The translations under genes were made by a program, and so were the position numbers. From Bdellovibrionales bacterium (lineage in GTDB: Bacteria > Bdellovibrionota > Bdellovibrionia > Bdellovibrionales > UBA1609): a DNA stretch of 64,000 nt. Below the pieces are notes generated by a model that was not told the DNA's origin, searched no databases, and saw nothing but the letters and a program-made list of their open reading frames with translations. Positions 9,921 to 19,455 of this stretch are shown here, one piece after another (within the stretch, counting starts at the first letter, position 1; every line of letters begins with the position of its first letter). The stretch spans positions 643,548 through 707,547 of the forward strand of contig OZ220490.1 in NCBI GenBank assembly GCA_965116175.1. The letters are read 5' to 3'.

Positions 9921-10913
9921 GTGATACAACGGTTATATATTATCTTTCCTCTCTTGTATCTGCTGTTTCCGCAATCAGGTTTTGGCTTTTCTGATACAGA
10001 ATTGAATCGTGTGGAATCTGAAGAAGGGGAAGGGGCTTCTTCTAAGGCTTGGGGGGTGGATCTTGGTTTTTCTTTAAAGAGAAATCTGGAAATCAACCCC
10101 CGTCTGCAAGGAGCTGCAGAAGGGTCAATTTGGAGTCCTGATACAGAGGCTTCTTTTTTAGACCCTTCTGTTTTATATTATGCTTTAGGTCTAAGGCTTA
10201 ATTATCCTCTTAAAAACAGCGCATCCTTTTTTAATCATATTGGTTTGAGGGGCCATACTGTTGAAAGTGTATTGAGCCATACAACTGTATTTTTAACAGG
10301 TTCATTTGACTCTCCTTTTAAGGGCCATAAATTTTATCTTAAGGATTATAATTTTTCTGACTATTTTTTCTATGCTTTAGGGGATTTGATCGCCGGCGCC
10401 ACAAGCCGTATTTACAAAAGTGATAAGCTTTTAAGCTATTTTGACGTATCTGTTATTCTTTTTCCTCTGTCGCGTTTTTCTAAAGAGGCCAGCTTAATTA
10501 CAACTTTGGGCAGCACTGTGAGATTTTTGCGTCAAATTCAAAAAAAAGAGCTGTGGAGCCTGTCATTTGTCTCAAGCCATAACTTTGCTTACAGTCAATA
10601 TAAATATGCTTCCACTGATAAAACAGGGCGGGATTGGAATATTCCCTTAGATACAAGCCATAGCATAGGCTTTCTCTTGGGGCAGAGCTATAATCAATTT
10701 ATGCCTTCCAGGGCAAGGTTTTATTTGACTTATTACATGGGACTGGATGCCATGTATAATCACAATCATTTCCTCACACTGGGCCATTCTTTTTCCTGGA
10801 AGATCAGGAATACATTTCGTCTTATGTTTTCAGTTCACTGGAGAGACAATATTGCTTTTTATAATCTCTCTGATAAAAATGTGAGAAAAAAACTCCAGTC
10901 AGATGGGACTTAA
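9921..10913 (+). CDS. Secreted hypothetical protein, beta-rich (possible outer-membrane protein)
   Basis: GTG start immediately after the upstream TAA (translational coupling). Signal peptide MIQRLYIIFPLLYLLFPQSGFG. Alternating hydrophobic pattern; no recognised motif. Confidence 0.55.
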   Translation: MIQRLYIIFPLLYLLFPQSGFGFSDTELNRVESEEGEGASSKAWGVDLGFSLKRNLEINPRLQGAAEGSIWSPDTEASFLDPSVLYYALGLRLNYPLKNSASFFNHIGLRGHTVESVLSHTTVFLTGSFDSPFKGHKFYLKDYNFSDYFFYALGDLIAGATSRIYKSDKLLSYFDVSVILFPLSRFSKEASLITTLGSTVRFLRQIQKKELWSLSFVSSHNFAYSQYKYASTDKTGRDWNIPLDTSHSIGFLLGQSYNQFMPSRARFYLTYYMGLDAMYNHNHFLTLGHSFSWKIRNTFRLMFSVHWRDNIAFYNLSDKNVRKKLQSDGT

Positions 10914-11463
10914 CGCGAACCTTCTTTACATTAAAGGGCTCTTATTCTTTTTGATTGTAAGCCCCTGTTATACTGACTGGTCTGAAAATTCTGTCTTCTG
11001 CGCTTTCATGTTTTTATCTGACAAATAAAAACTTGTAACTCATGGTGTAGATGGGAAAACTTGTCCTAAAGATTCATTTGATATTAGAATTGTTAAGATT
11101 TTATTTAGAATTCAAAAGGATTAGGTTAAAAATTCTGTTGCATTGTTAAGATTGCTTTAAAGGTCTTTTTTTCTATCTGTTTATCTGGTAAATAATCATT
11201 AAAGCTTAGAACTTTGGACACGGTATTTCTTTAATTCTGGTCTAAATCTTAGTTTTTGTAAAACCCGGTTTCTATAACTCTTAATACTTGATATTTGGCA
11301 CAATCAAATAGTTATGCAGAGTGTGGGAATTTTCAAACGGATTTCTTTTTATTAGGAATTATTTCTCTGATTTTTTTGCATAGAGAAATTGTGGTTTTAA
11401 ACTTAATCTTCAACACAGATATTGTAAAAGATAATGGAGGGATGCCAAAAAAAGGTTTGTTTA

Positions 11464-12933
11464 ATGAAAAGCATTTTTAAGTTTTGTTTTTTTGTGTTTA
11501 TTGTTTTTATTTTATGCATGAGAGCGAGTTTTGGTTCAATTTTAGATAAAAAACTCCTATTGGCTGAACAAAATGTTTTTGGGCAAGACTCTGCCGAAGA
11601 TAAAGCTCTTATTGAAAAAAATACCACAGCGGCGCAAATAGATCATTCAAATACGGAAAAATCTGTTCATTCAGAATTAAATGTTTCACAAACAAGCGTT
11701 TATGAAAATAAATCTGTTGAACAGGAACAGACTGTAAAAAAACTAAAAAGCAGCTCTTCTGTTGTTGAAAGAGAAGGTTTAAACGAACAGGAATGGAATA
11801 CAGATTTAAAATTTGATTCTCTATATCATCAACCAGTTATTGAAGAGGATAAAGACATTGATTTTTTTTGGAAGACAGTTTTTAAGTTTAAAGCTCTTTC
11901 TATTCGTGAAGATAGAATAGATGCCACAGTGCATGTAGAAAATTATGGAAAATTTGAATGGCAGGTTGAAGATTTCCTCTCTTTTTATAATGAGGGGCTT
12001 CTTCTTGGCCGGAGTGGTTTTGTTCAATCTGTTTATGAAAGAGGGGATAGAAAGAGCGGTTTTCATCCCGTTGACGCTTATCTGGATATTAAAACCTCTT
12101 TTGTGATATTCAGATTTGGTATGGTCAAGCAGGATTTTTTAAAAGCGCCGCTTTTGGTTACAGATAAAACATTTCCAAGCATGATGCAGCAATTTTATTT
12201 TGATTGGGATAAGTCAAAGTTGGATATTATTTTACAGTCAGCTATTACAAATAATCCCTTGGAGTCAGTGACAAGGGGAAAAAAGTTAAATGAATGGCCT
12301 ACCTTATTTCTCACCTCTTCTGTATTTTGGGATTTACAGGATATTTTTAATTTCAATATAAAAGAAAAATTAACAGCCTTTTATATAACAAATTTATCCT
12401 CCAGTATTGCAGAAGACAGCAGACGCTATGGCAACAGCATTACAGAAGGCAGGGCTCGTTTTAAGTATGCTTTTTTAGGTCTTTATAACAGTTTGAGTTT
12501 TCAAACCGCTTTGTCTGATAATTGGATGTTTGAAATAGGAGGGGATTTTATCCATAATTTTGCCGGAGCCGTTGATTATAACAAAGAGGAGACTTTTGCT
12601 TTTAATCTTGATATGAGAGCTAGAGGAAATAATCAGGGCGAGAGGATTTACGGTTCTATATATCATAATTATAAGGAGCTTATGGAATTAAAACTTACAG
12701 CTGAGTATTTTTCCAATCAATCTGACAGCTCAGTGGCCTCTTTTAACAGTGAGCTTTATGGGCACAATAACAGAGTGGGAGGGAGAGTTGTTTTTCAATC
12801 TCATTTTTATAATTCGGGATTGACTTTTGGTTTGTCTTATACAGGAAGCCTTCCCATAGATGAAACCAGGAACCAGATGGGATTTGCCAGCGCTGTCTCT
12901 ATGTTTTTAAAGACTAATTATTTGGCTATTTGA
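11464..12933 (+). CDS. Secreted hypothetical protein, possible outer-membrane beta-barrel
   Basis: Start moved to the internal ATG that gives signal peptide MKSIFKFCFFVFIVFILCMRASFG. The C-terminal third has alternating beta-strand-like patterns (GLTFGLSYTG...AVSMFLKTNYLAI). The start could be 11434. Confidence 0.55.
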   Translation: MKSIFKFCFFVFIVFILCMRASFGSILDKKLLLAEQNVFGQDSAEDKALIEKNTTAAQIDHSNTEKSVHSELNVSQTSVYENKSVEQEQTVKKLKSSSSVVEREGLNEQEWNTDLKFDSLYHQPVIEEDKDIDFFWKTVFKFKALSIREDRIDATVHVENYGKFEWQVEDFLSFYNEGLLLGRSGFVQSVYERGDRKSGFHPVDAYLDIKTSFVIFRFGMVKQDFLKAPLLVTDKTFPSMMQQFYFDWDKSKLDIILQSAITNNPLESVTRGKKLNEWPTLFLTSSVFWDLQDIFNFNIKEKLTAFYITNLSSSIAEDSRRYGNSITEGRARFKYAFLGLYNSLSFQTALSDNWMFEIGGDFIHNFAGAVDYNKEETFAFNLDMRARGNNQGERIYGSIYHNYKELMELKLTAEYFSNQSDSSVASFNSELYGHNNRVGGRVVFQSHFYNSGLTFGLSYTGSLPIDETRNQMGFASAVSMFLKTNYLAI

Positions 12934-12950
12934 GACAAGGAGTGAGAAAT

Positions 12951-15900
12951 ATGAAAGAAAAAAATAAAATGAGTTTTTTAAATGCTGCTGTTTTAAGCTT
13001 TTTCTTTATCGCTGTTTTGCCTTCTTGCACAAAATTAAACAGAAAAAGTTCTGTGGGAGAGGACACTGCCGGATTTATTGTTGAAGAAATTACAAGAACT
13101 TTTAACTTGGAGCCTATTATTATAGACACTGAAAAAGGTTTGCCTAAAACTTTTGTTGTTAATTTAAGAACCTGTATAAAGGATAAAGTGGATAAGGATA
13201 ATTCCATTCAGGAAACTCCATTTATTATTGAATATGAGACCAATCTTTCCGATTCTAAAGAACAGTCCACTCAGCTTAAGGAGGAAAGAGTGGTTTCTGA
13301 TCCCAATGGCTGTATTCAATGGGATGAAGAGTATAAATATAAATTTATAAAAAATCCTGTGTGGTTGGGTTTAAAGAGAAGCATTAGAACAGAAAAAGGT
13401 TTTTATCCCTCTGGAAAAGTTGAAATCTATATGGCAGTCAATCCTTGGTTGAGTGATGAAGATGAACAGTATCCTTCCATTTTGGATATGAGATATTCCG
13501 AGAGGCATAGAGTTTTAAAAAAGAAATATGCAGAAAATGGTTTAAAATTTTTATCGCAGCAGTTAGAGAGTGAGCTTCCTCAGCTTTGGGCTCCGGTTAT
13601 AGATATCCAGACAGAGACAAGCCCTCAGCCTTCTTCTGCTTCCACAGCAGCTGAAAATGAAATGATAAAAGAATGTAAAAATAATACCAATGAGAATGAG
13701 AGGAAAAAATGTGAAAAAGAAATGGAAATAAGAACATTGCTTTCAGCTTACCAGAAAGGAGGATGTGTCAGTGAGAAAAAGGATCATTGTTATAAGCGTC
13801 ACTTAAAATTGGATATTCTCATTCCCTTAATGTTGAGAAGATACAATATAAGGGATGTTATTGTGGACAGTAAGTTGAGCGGAGGGACTTATAATACAAA
13901 TGTTCAGCTGATCATTATTCCTGATATTGATAAAACAACCTCTTACCGTATCCATGAAAAAATTTGTGAAAACAAAAATGTTGAATTTCATAAAAAAGGA
14001 GGTCAGGAGACAAAGTTTTTAAATCTGGAATGTGATATAAAGGTTGTTTATTTCAATAAAAATGCAATTTATAAATTGCTTGTTGAAATCACGCCAAGCA
14101 GTGATAGCCCTGCGCTTCCCTTTAAGCCATTTCAGGGGGTTTATACTTTTAAATTTGATTTTAGTAGTTTGAGAAATGAGTATTCCATAGATACAGATAT
14201 AGATGAAAGGTATAAGGAGGTTTTAAAAAAAGATGAAAAGATTAATATCTTTGGAGAGATGAATATTCGTGATGTGTTAGATGTTCATAAAAGAAATAAA
14301 AAGGAGTTATTAATTAAAGGTTTTTATCAACCCCAGTTGGATGGGAATAGTAATTTTCAATTTTCTAATGTAGATAATACGGTAAAATGTAAGAAGAATG
14401 ATAATGTGGTAAAGAGAATAGTCGTTTTTAACGGTGAAATCTGTTTAAAAGATACTTTGTCTGATAAAATTTACACACAAACCCCTTTTCGTGTTTTTGT
14501 GGAAAAACCAAATATAGATGGAGGTAAAACAATTGAGGAGGTTTTTAAATCAAAAGGAGGGCCTGATATAACCGATCAAGAGCCTTATACAACAGATGAA
14601 CAGGGATGCATTTCAATGACAATTCCTTTAGAGCATAAGGTTTATAATCGGCAGCAGTATTTTCCCATTGATGTTCACTTTCTCTCTGAGGGTTTAAATC
14701 TCTATGGACGGGTTCGCCCTGCGCTTAACCCTTGGCATATAGCCTGGCAGTCTCACCTTGATGCCACTAAACTTCCTGATGAGGATATACGGCTGACACC
14801 GGGAGGAGTGACTTTCCCCAGGATTGTTATCAACCAGTTTAAATCTGTAAATCTTTTTCCCTCTTATGGTTTAGATAAGTTTTTGGGTATTCATATTTAC
14901 CACAGGGTTTATTTTTTGTTTCAGCCTTTTGTTCAAAGACATGATAATGTGGCTTTAAGTTTGGATCATAGGGCCAGAGAGCTTTTACGGGATGGTTACT
15001 ATATGGTTCGTCTGCTTCTTTTGAGAAACCCTCAGGAGACAGGGCATCTCACTCGTGTTTTGAAAGACGAACAGCTCAATAGAAATAGGAAGGAAATTAT
15101 AAATGAAGAATTAAACTTTGATATTGAGGCTCCTGAATACATCACTCATACAGACACTTTTGTGGAGGTTGAGGCTAACTTTGTAAACCTCTATATGCCT
15201 CTTTATATTACGGCAAAACAGCTTTATTATGTGGCCTCAAGAAATATTATTTCTGTTGAGGTTGTCCCAGTTGATCCTTCAGATTTTATTTTCAAAGAGG
15301 TTGAAAATGATGGAGCTTGTGAATTAGATCTTGAAGAAATGAGGAGAAGGGATTGGAAGCCACAGCCTTTTTTTGAGCATGAGCTTGTAAACCGGCCTTA
15401 TATTGGCGCTTTTAATATTCAGAACTGGACCAACTGGAATATTCTAAGGCATTCAAAAAAATTTAATTCAGACAAAATTATTGATAAGGCTATTGCAAGT
15501 GGAAAAATAGATAAAAGATACAAACACTTTAATATGAGCAGCAGGCAGCAGCCAAACACTGAAGGAAATCTGAAAACGGCTGAAGAGGCTTGTTTAAGAG
15601 GAACAAAATATAATTTTCATCAGGATCCAAGTTCTGAGGAAGTTGCTAAATGTATACAAGATTGGAAAGACTCTTCTTTATTGGCTGAAATTGAATACCA
15701 TATTCAATCTGAAGGAGAGTTGGGTGTTTTAGATCAACAGGATGTCTTAAAGGAATTTGCAGAGCAGAATGCCTTAAGGATAGTGAATTTATCACAGCGC
15801 AAAGGAGAACAATTTATACAGGACATTAAAAAGGCTTTAAAAAAAGTTCATTTAGAGAAACATTATCTTAAAGCATCAAAAATATTTCCAGTTATTCCTG

Positions 15901-17975
15901 ATGAAGATAAAGGGACATTGAAAAAGCAGATGGATGATAAATGTTCTGACTACTTATGGGGTTTGGCCGGGGATAAACTTGGGGGTGTATTTCGTGATAA
16001 ATTGTGTCGTCATGAGATTCTTAAAACTTATGTAGATCAGCTTAAAGATAGATTTGAAGCAGAAGGCTTTTCAGAAGAAAAAATCCAGCTTGCTAAGGTC
16101 TTGACAAAAATAGAAAAAAATGGGAACTATCGTGACTTTTTGATGAGTGACAAAAAACGAATGCATAAAGATTCTATTCAAAATATTATAAATGAAAGAA
16201 TCAACAATCAAAATGCAAACAACCCGGATGTTTTAAATTTTACACAGTCTCTTTGTTATTTTTGGTTTGATTCTTATTTGAAAGATTATCTTGAAAAAGA
16301 TCAAATGATTTCCGCCTATACCAATTATATTAGGAAGTTTGATTATTACAATGTTCTTGAAACAGAGGGTTCTGCTCAAAGCAAAATAAGTGCTTTTTAT
16401 GACCTTGTTAATATTATTGGTATAACAGATGCAGCATCACAAGGGGATGAGAATTTAAAAAACTGTCATGAAGACTATGTCCAATGTATTGCTTTTGACC
16501 ATTGCCAATTAAGATCTATAAATAAACAAAAGAGCAGCTACTGTGAGAACATGAATACGGGAGTCAATGATGAAGAAGCAAGTTGTATGAAGATATTGGA
16601 TGCAGAATGTTCTAAAAATAGCACTTTTCCTCTTTGTAAAAAACGAGAAAGCACAAGCTGTAATGCTTCTTTATACTCTTTTTGCAGATTGAATGTGGAT
16701 CATAATATCTGTTACAAATTTGAAAACCGTTGTTTGGTAAATTACCGATCCTGCGTTCAGTCTGGAGATGTTCAGGATGTTTTTAATCCTGAATCTATTT
16801 TTAATTTTGGCTGCACAAAAAAACCTGTAATCTTTTTTGATGATTATTTAGAAAAGCCAAAATGTTTTCAGCATAACCCTTTAAAGGCCTGTCTTAAAAA
16901 CCCGTATCATTTTTTTAAGTTTGAAAATAAAATGGTGGTTTATGAGTCTTCAGAAAAAAATCCTGTTTATAAAAGCGGTTATCTTAAAAGTTTTAATGTG
17001 TCTGGTAATTTTTCTATTGGCAGTTACATGAATTGGACATCTCAAAGATCGCATAGCCTGTCTTCAAGCATGGGTCTTGGCACCGATTTAAAAGGCGCTC
17101 AAACTCTTGGCAGACCAGCTGCTGCTTTTGGTAATTTGAGTGGGGGTGTAAATATGAGTTTTTTAAGTGTTAGTCAAAGTATGAATTCAGCTGAATCCAA
17201 CAGCAATAGGAGAGCTGTTGATGTGAGAGGAGGTGAATCCACTTTTTTAACGGTGGGAAATGCAGAGATAGACATAGATGTGAAAAAGTTTCAAAAATGT
17301 CTGGTAGTCAAGCCCCGCCCTAACGCTTTTTTCACTTGGATGGCCACTGGATTTACAGAAGGAACAAAAGGTTTGTTTAGCCCTTTTCCTGAAGATATAT
17401 GGACAGAGGATGCGGCAGGTAAAGATTTTAAAAAGATCCTTCTTGCAAGGCCTGGTCTTATTATTTGTAATCCTATTGAAGAGAGAACTGCAGATAATGA
17501 AGAAACAATTACAGAAAATTATTACTATATCAATCAGGCTTTAACCAATCCTGAGAACTCTCAGTTCCTCAATTTGTATGATTTAGCCAATAGACCTTTC
17601 GTTAATGTTTTAAGAGGGAAAAAAGAGTTTGTTAAATATTACCACATGATGCGAGGAATTATTGGAGGGGATGATGGCCATTTAGATGAAAATCTTGATT
17701 CCCATAGCACCCCTGAAAATATGTTTATCAATTACAGTTATCCTATTGAAGAGGCTATAGGTTTAAGTCTGGCTATAAGGGACTTTAATGAAACAGGATT
17801 TTATCCTGGGATTTACGATTATGCTGAAGATGCAGATGAAGAGCTGGATCTTGTTAAAAAAGAGGAAACGGGATTTTTTCAGGGAGTGTTTCAGAAATTT
17901 AGGGATTATGTCAATTGGTTTGATGTTCCAGATGCTCCGAGTCGTCAAATACCTGTTCAAGAAGGTTCTCAATGA
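12951..17975 (+). CDS. Giant orphan lipoprotein (1,674 aa) with duplicated N-terminal module and Cys-rich block
   Basis: The ATG at 12951 is preceded by AAGGAG. Lipobox AVLPSC. 15 Cys fall within about 150 residues (nt 16452-16910). No catalytic motif recognised. Confidence 0.7.
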   Translation: MKEKNKMSFLNAAVLSFFFIAVLPSCTKLNRKSSVGEDTAGFIVEEITRTFNLEPIIIDTEKGLPKTFVVNLRTCIKDKVDKDNSIQETPFIIEYETNLSDSKEQSTQLKEERVVSDPNGCIQWDEEYKYKFIKNPVWLGLKRSIRTEKGFYPSGKVEIYMAVNPWLSDEDEQYPSILDMRYSERHRVLKKKYAENGLKFLSQQLESELPQLWAPVIDIQTETSPQPSSASTAAENEMIKECKNNTNENERKKCEKEMEIRTLLSAYQKGGCVSEKKDHCYKRHLKLDILIPLMLRRYNIRDVIVDSKLSGGTYNTNVQLIIIPDIDKTTSYRIHEKICENKNVEFHKKGGQETKFLNLECDIKVVYFNKNAIYKLLVEITPSSDSPALPFKPFQGVYTFKFDFSSLRNEYSIDTDIDERYKEVLKKDEKINIFGEMNIRDVLDVHKRNKKELLIKGFYQPQLDGNSNFQFSNVDNTVKCKKNDNVVKRIVVFNGEICLKDTLSDKIYTQTPFRVFVEKPNIDGGKTIEEVFKSKGGPDITDQEPYTTDEQGCISMTIPLEHKVYNRQQYFPIDVHFLSEGLNLYGRVRPALNPWHIAWQSHLDATKLPDEDIRLTPGGVTFPRIVINQFKSVNLFPSYGLDKFLGIHIYHRVYFLFQPFVQRHDNVALSLDHRARELLRDGYYMVRLLLLRNPQETGHLTRVLKDEQLNRNRKEIINEELNFDIEAPEYITHTDTFVEVEANFVNLYMPLYITAKQLYYVASRNIISVEVVPVDPSDFIFKEVENDGACELDLEEMRRRDWKPQPFFEHELVNRPYIGAFNIQNWTNWNILRHSKKFNSDKIIDKAIASGKIDKRYKHFNMSSRQQPNTEGNLKTAEEACLRGTKYNFHQDPSSEEVAKCIQDWKDSSLLAEIEYHIQSEGELGVLDQQDVLKEFAEQNALRIVNLSQRKGEQFIQDIKKALKKVHLEKHYLKASKIFPVIPDEDKGTLKKQMDDKCSDYLWGLAGDKLGGVFRDKLCRHEILKTYVDQLKDRFEAEGFSEEKIQLAKVLTKIEKNGNYRDFLMSDKKRMHKDSIQNIINERINNQNANNPDVLNFTQSLCYFWFDSYLKDYLEKDQMISAYTNYIRKFDYYNVLETEGSAQSKISAFYDLVNIIGITDAASQGDENLKNCHEDYVQCIAFDHCQLRSINKQKSSYCENMNTGVNDEEASCMKILDAECSKNSTFPLCKKRESTSCNASLYSFCRLNVDHNICYKFENRCLVNYRSCVQSGDVQDVFNPESIFNFGCTKKPVIFFDDYLEKPKCFQHNPLKACLKNPYHFFKFENKMVVYESSEKNPVYKSGYLKSFNVSGNFSIGSYMNWTSQRSHSLSSSMGLGTDLKGAQTLGRPAAAFGNLSGGVNMSFLSVSQSMNSAESNSNRRAVDVRGGESTFLTVGNAEIDIDVKKFQKCLVVKPRPNAFFTWMATGFTEGTKGLFSPFPEDIWTEDAAGKDFKKILLARPGLIICNPIEERTADNEETITENYYYINQALTNPENSQFLNLYDLANRPFVNVLRGKKEFVKYYHMMRGIIGGDDGHLDENLDSHSTPENMFINYSYPIEEAIGLSLAIRDFNETGFYPGIYDYAEDADEELDLVKKEETGFFQGVFQKFRDYVNWFDVPDAPSRQIPVQEGSQ

Positions 17976-18300
17976 TCAGTAACTTAGCTGGGAATTTTTT
18001 AGTTTCATGACAACTTAAAGTATCATGAACCATTAAGAAAATCCTCTGGCATCTGTCTATAAGACTATAAAAGTTTCTTAATTTTTAGTCAAAAGAGAAA
18101 ATTTTATACTAAGTATGTTTAAATGTTGATTTTTAGTTTTGCTTATTATATAGCTCATAACTATTTTCAATCACTTGATGAATTTGATAGGGAACTTTAT
18201 TTATAGAAACTGTGAATGAAAAAGAAATTCCAATCAAATCAATTGTTGCTCTTGACGGTATAAACCTTGAATCTAACACTTAACCAAAGAGGAGAAAAAA

Positions 18301-19101
18301 ATGAAAACAATGTTTATAATGTTATCTAATCGCAAGTTCAAAGAACAGCAACAAATCAATATATTTCAGGAGTCTATTATACACATTTTTTCAAAAGTTT
18401 TTTTAGGATTATTTTTAGCACTTTTCTCTTTTTCTGTTTTAGCAGATATGAGAACCCAAGAAGTGCCCAAATATGTTACTCCAGATGAGTGCTTTCAGTT
18501 TGCAAATTTCGGTACACAGATTATTAATTACATCTGCAAAGATAAAGATGTGGTAATCCCGGACTCTGTAATAACGATTGGGGTTGCAGCTTTTGCTTAT
18601 CATCAACTAAGCTCAGTGACGATCCCAAACTCTGTAACAACGATTGGAGTTGCAGCTTTTGCTTATAATCAACTAAGCTCAGTGACGATCCCAAACTCTG
18701 TAACAACGATTGATTTTGCGGCTTTCCGTAATAATCAACTAAATTCAGTGACGATCCCAAACTCTGTAACAACGATTGGGGTTGCAGCTTTTGCTTATAA
18801 TCAACTAAGCTCAGTGACGATCCCAAACTCTGTAACAACGATCGAGTATGCGGCTTTTGCTTATAATCAGCTAAGTTCAGTGACGATCCCAAACTCTGTA
18901 ACAACGATTGAGGCTGGGGCTTTCCGTAATAATCAGCTAAGTTCAGTGACGATCCCAAACTCTGTAACAACGATTGAGGCTTGGGCTTTCCTTAATAATC
19001 AACTAAGCTCAGTGACGATCCCGAACTCTGTAACAGTGATTAGAGGTTGGACTTTCGACGATAATGTTGATATAGTTTTAGGTTCACCTACAGGAAACTA
19101 A
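18301..19101 (+). CDS. BspA-type leucine-rich repeat protein (LRR_5-like), secreted
   Basis: RBS AGAGGAG. Hydrophobic signal-like segment. Eight 22-aa units of the form VTIPNSVTTIGVAAFAYNQLSS. Confidence 0.85.
   Translation: MKTMFIMLSNRKFKEQQQINIFQESIIHIFSKVFLGLFLALFSFSVLADMRTQEVPKYVTPDECFQFANFGTQIINYICKDKDVVIPDSVITIGVAAFAYHQLSSVTIPNSVTTIGVAAFAYNQLSSVTIPNSVTTIDFAAFRNNQLNSVTIPNSVTTIGVAAFAYNQLSSVTIPNSVTTIEYAAFAYNQLSSVTIPNSVTTIEAGAFRNNQLSSVTIPNSVTTIEAWAFLNNQLSSVTIPNSVTVIRGWTFDDNVDIVLGSPTGN
18550..19077. repeat. 8 tandem 66-bp coding repeats (LRR units)
   Basis: Units start at 18550, 18616, 18682, 18748, 18814, 18880, 18946 and 19012. Units 2 and 4 differ at a single base. Confidence 0.9.
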
Positions 19102-19234
19102 ACTTAATTTCCCGAGTTTGACAGAAGCGAGTGCGCCAAAGTGTCGAACTCGAAAGTAGAGCGAGTAGGAGTGTAAAATCGGTTATTTTTTTATATTTAC
19201 AAATGCAAATACTTTTGTTATTACTTTATTTGAT

Positions 19235-19455
19235 ATGAAATTTGAGGGCTTCAACTGGACACCGGCAACACAGATAGATGTCAGAAACATGGACTGACTC
19301 AAGAGGAGATAGAGTGCTTTTTTCAACAAAAAAAAGATCTATGTCCGGACATTAAACATGGAGGATCGGTTTTTAGCTATTGGAAAAAGGGTCAAAAAAT
19401 AAAATGATTGTTGTAGCATTTACTTTCAGAACAAAGATCAAAAATTTCTTTACAA
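19235..19455 (+). pseudogene. BrnT-like (DUF497) toxin remnant, multiply frameshifted
   Basis: Pieces lie in three frames: MKFEGFNW / DTGNTDRCQKHGLTQEEIECFF / MEDRFLAIGKRVKK / MIVVAFTFRTKIK. They follow the DUF497 pattern F-W-D..N..KHG..F.E...F....E.R....G......vv.T.R. Confidence 0.5.

Noticed and set aside
11296-11320. TGGCAC hexamer that looks like a sigma-54 -24 element upstream of the 489-aa gene
   Set aside because: The required GC of the -12 element (GG-N10-GC spacing) is absent; TA occupies that position.
18524-18970. 148-aa minus-strand ORF antisense to the LRR gene
   Set aside because: It is open only because the 66-bp repeat lacks stops on the opposite strand. The repetitive QSLLQSLGSSL product mirrors the sense repeat, and there is no RBS.
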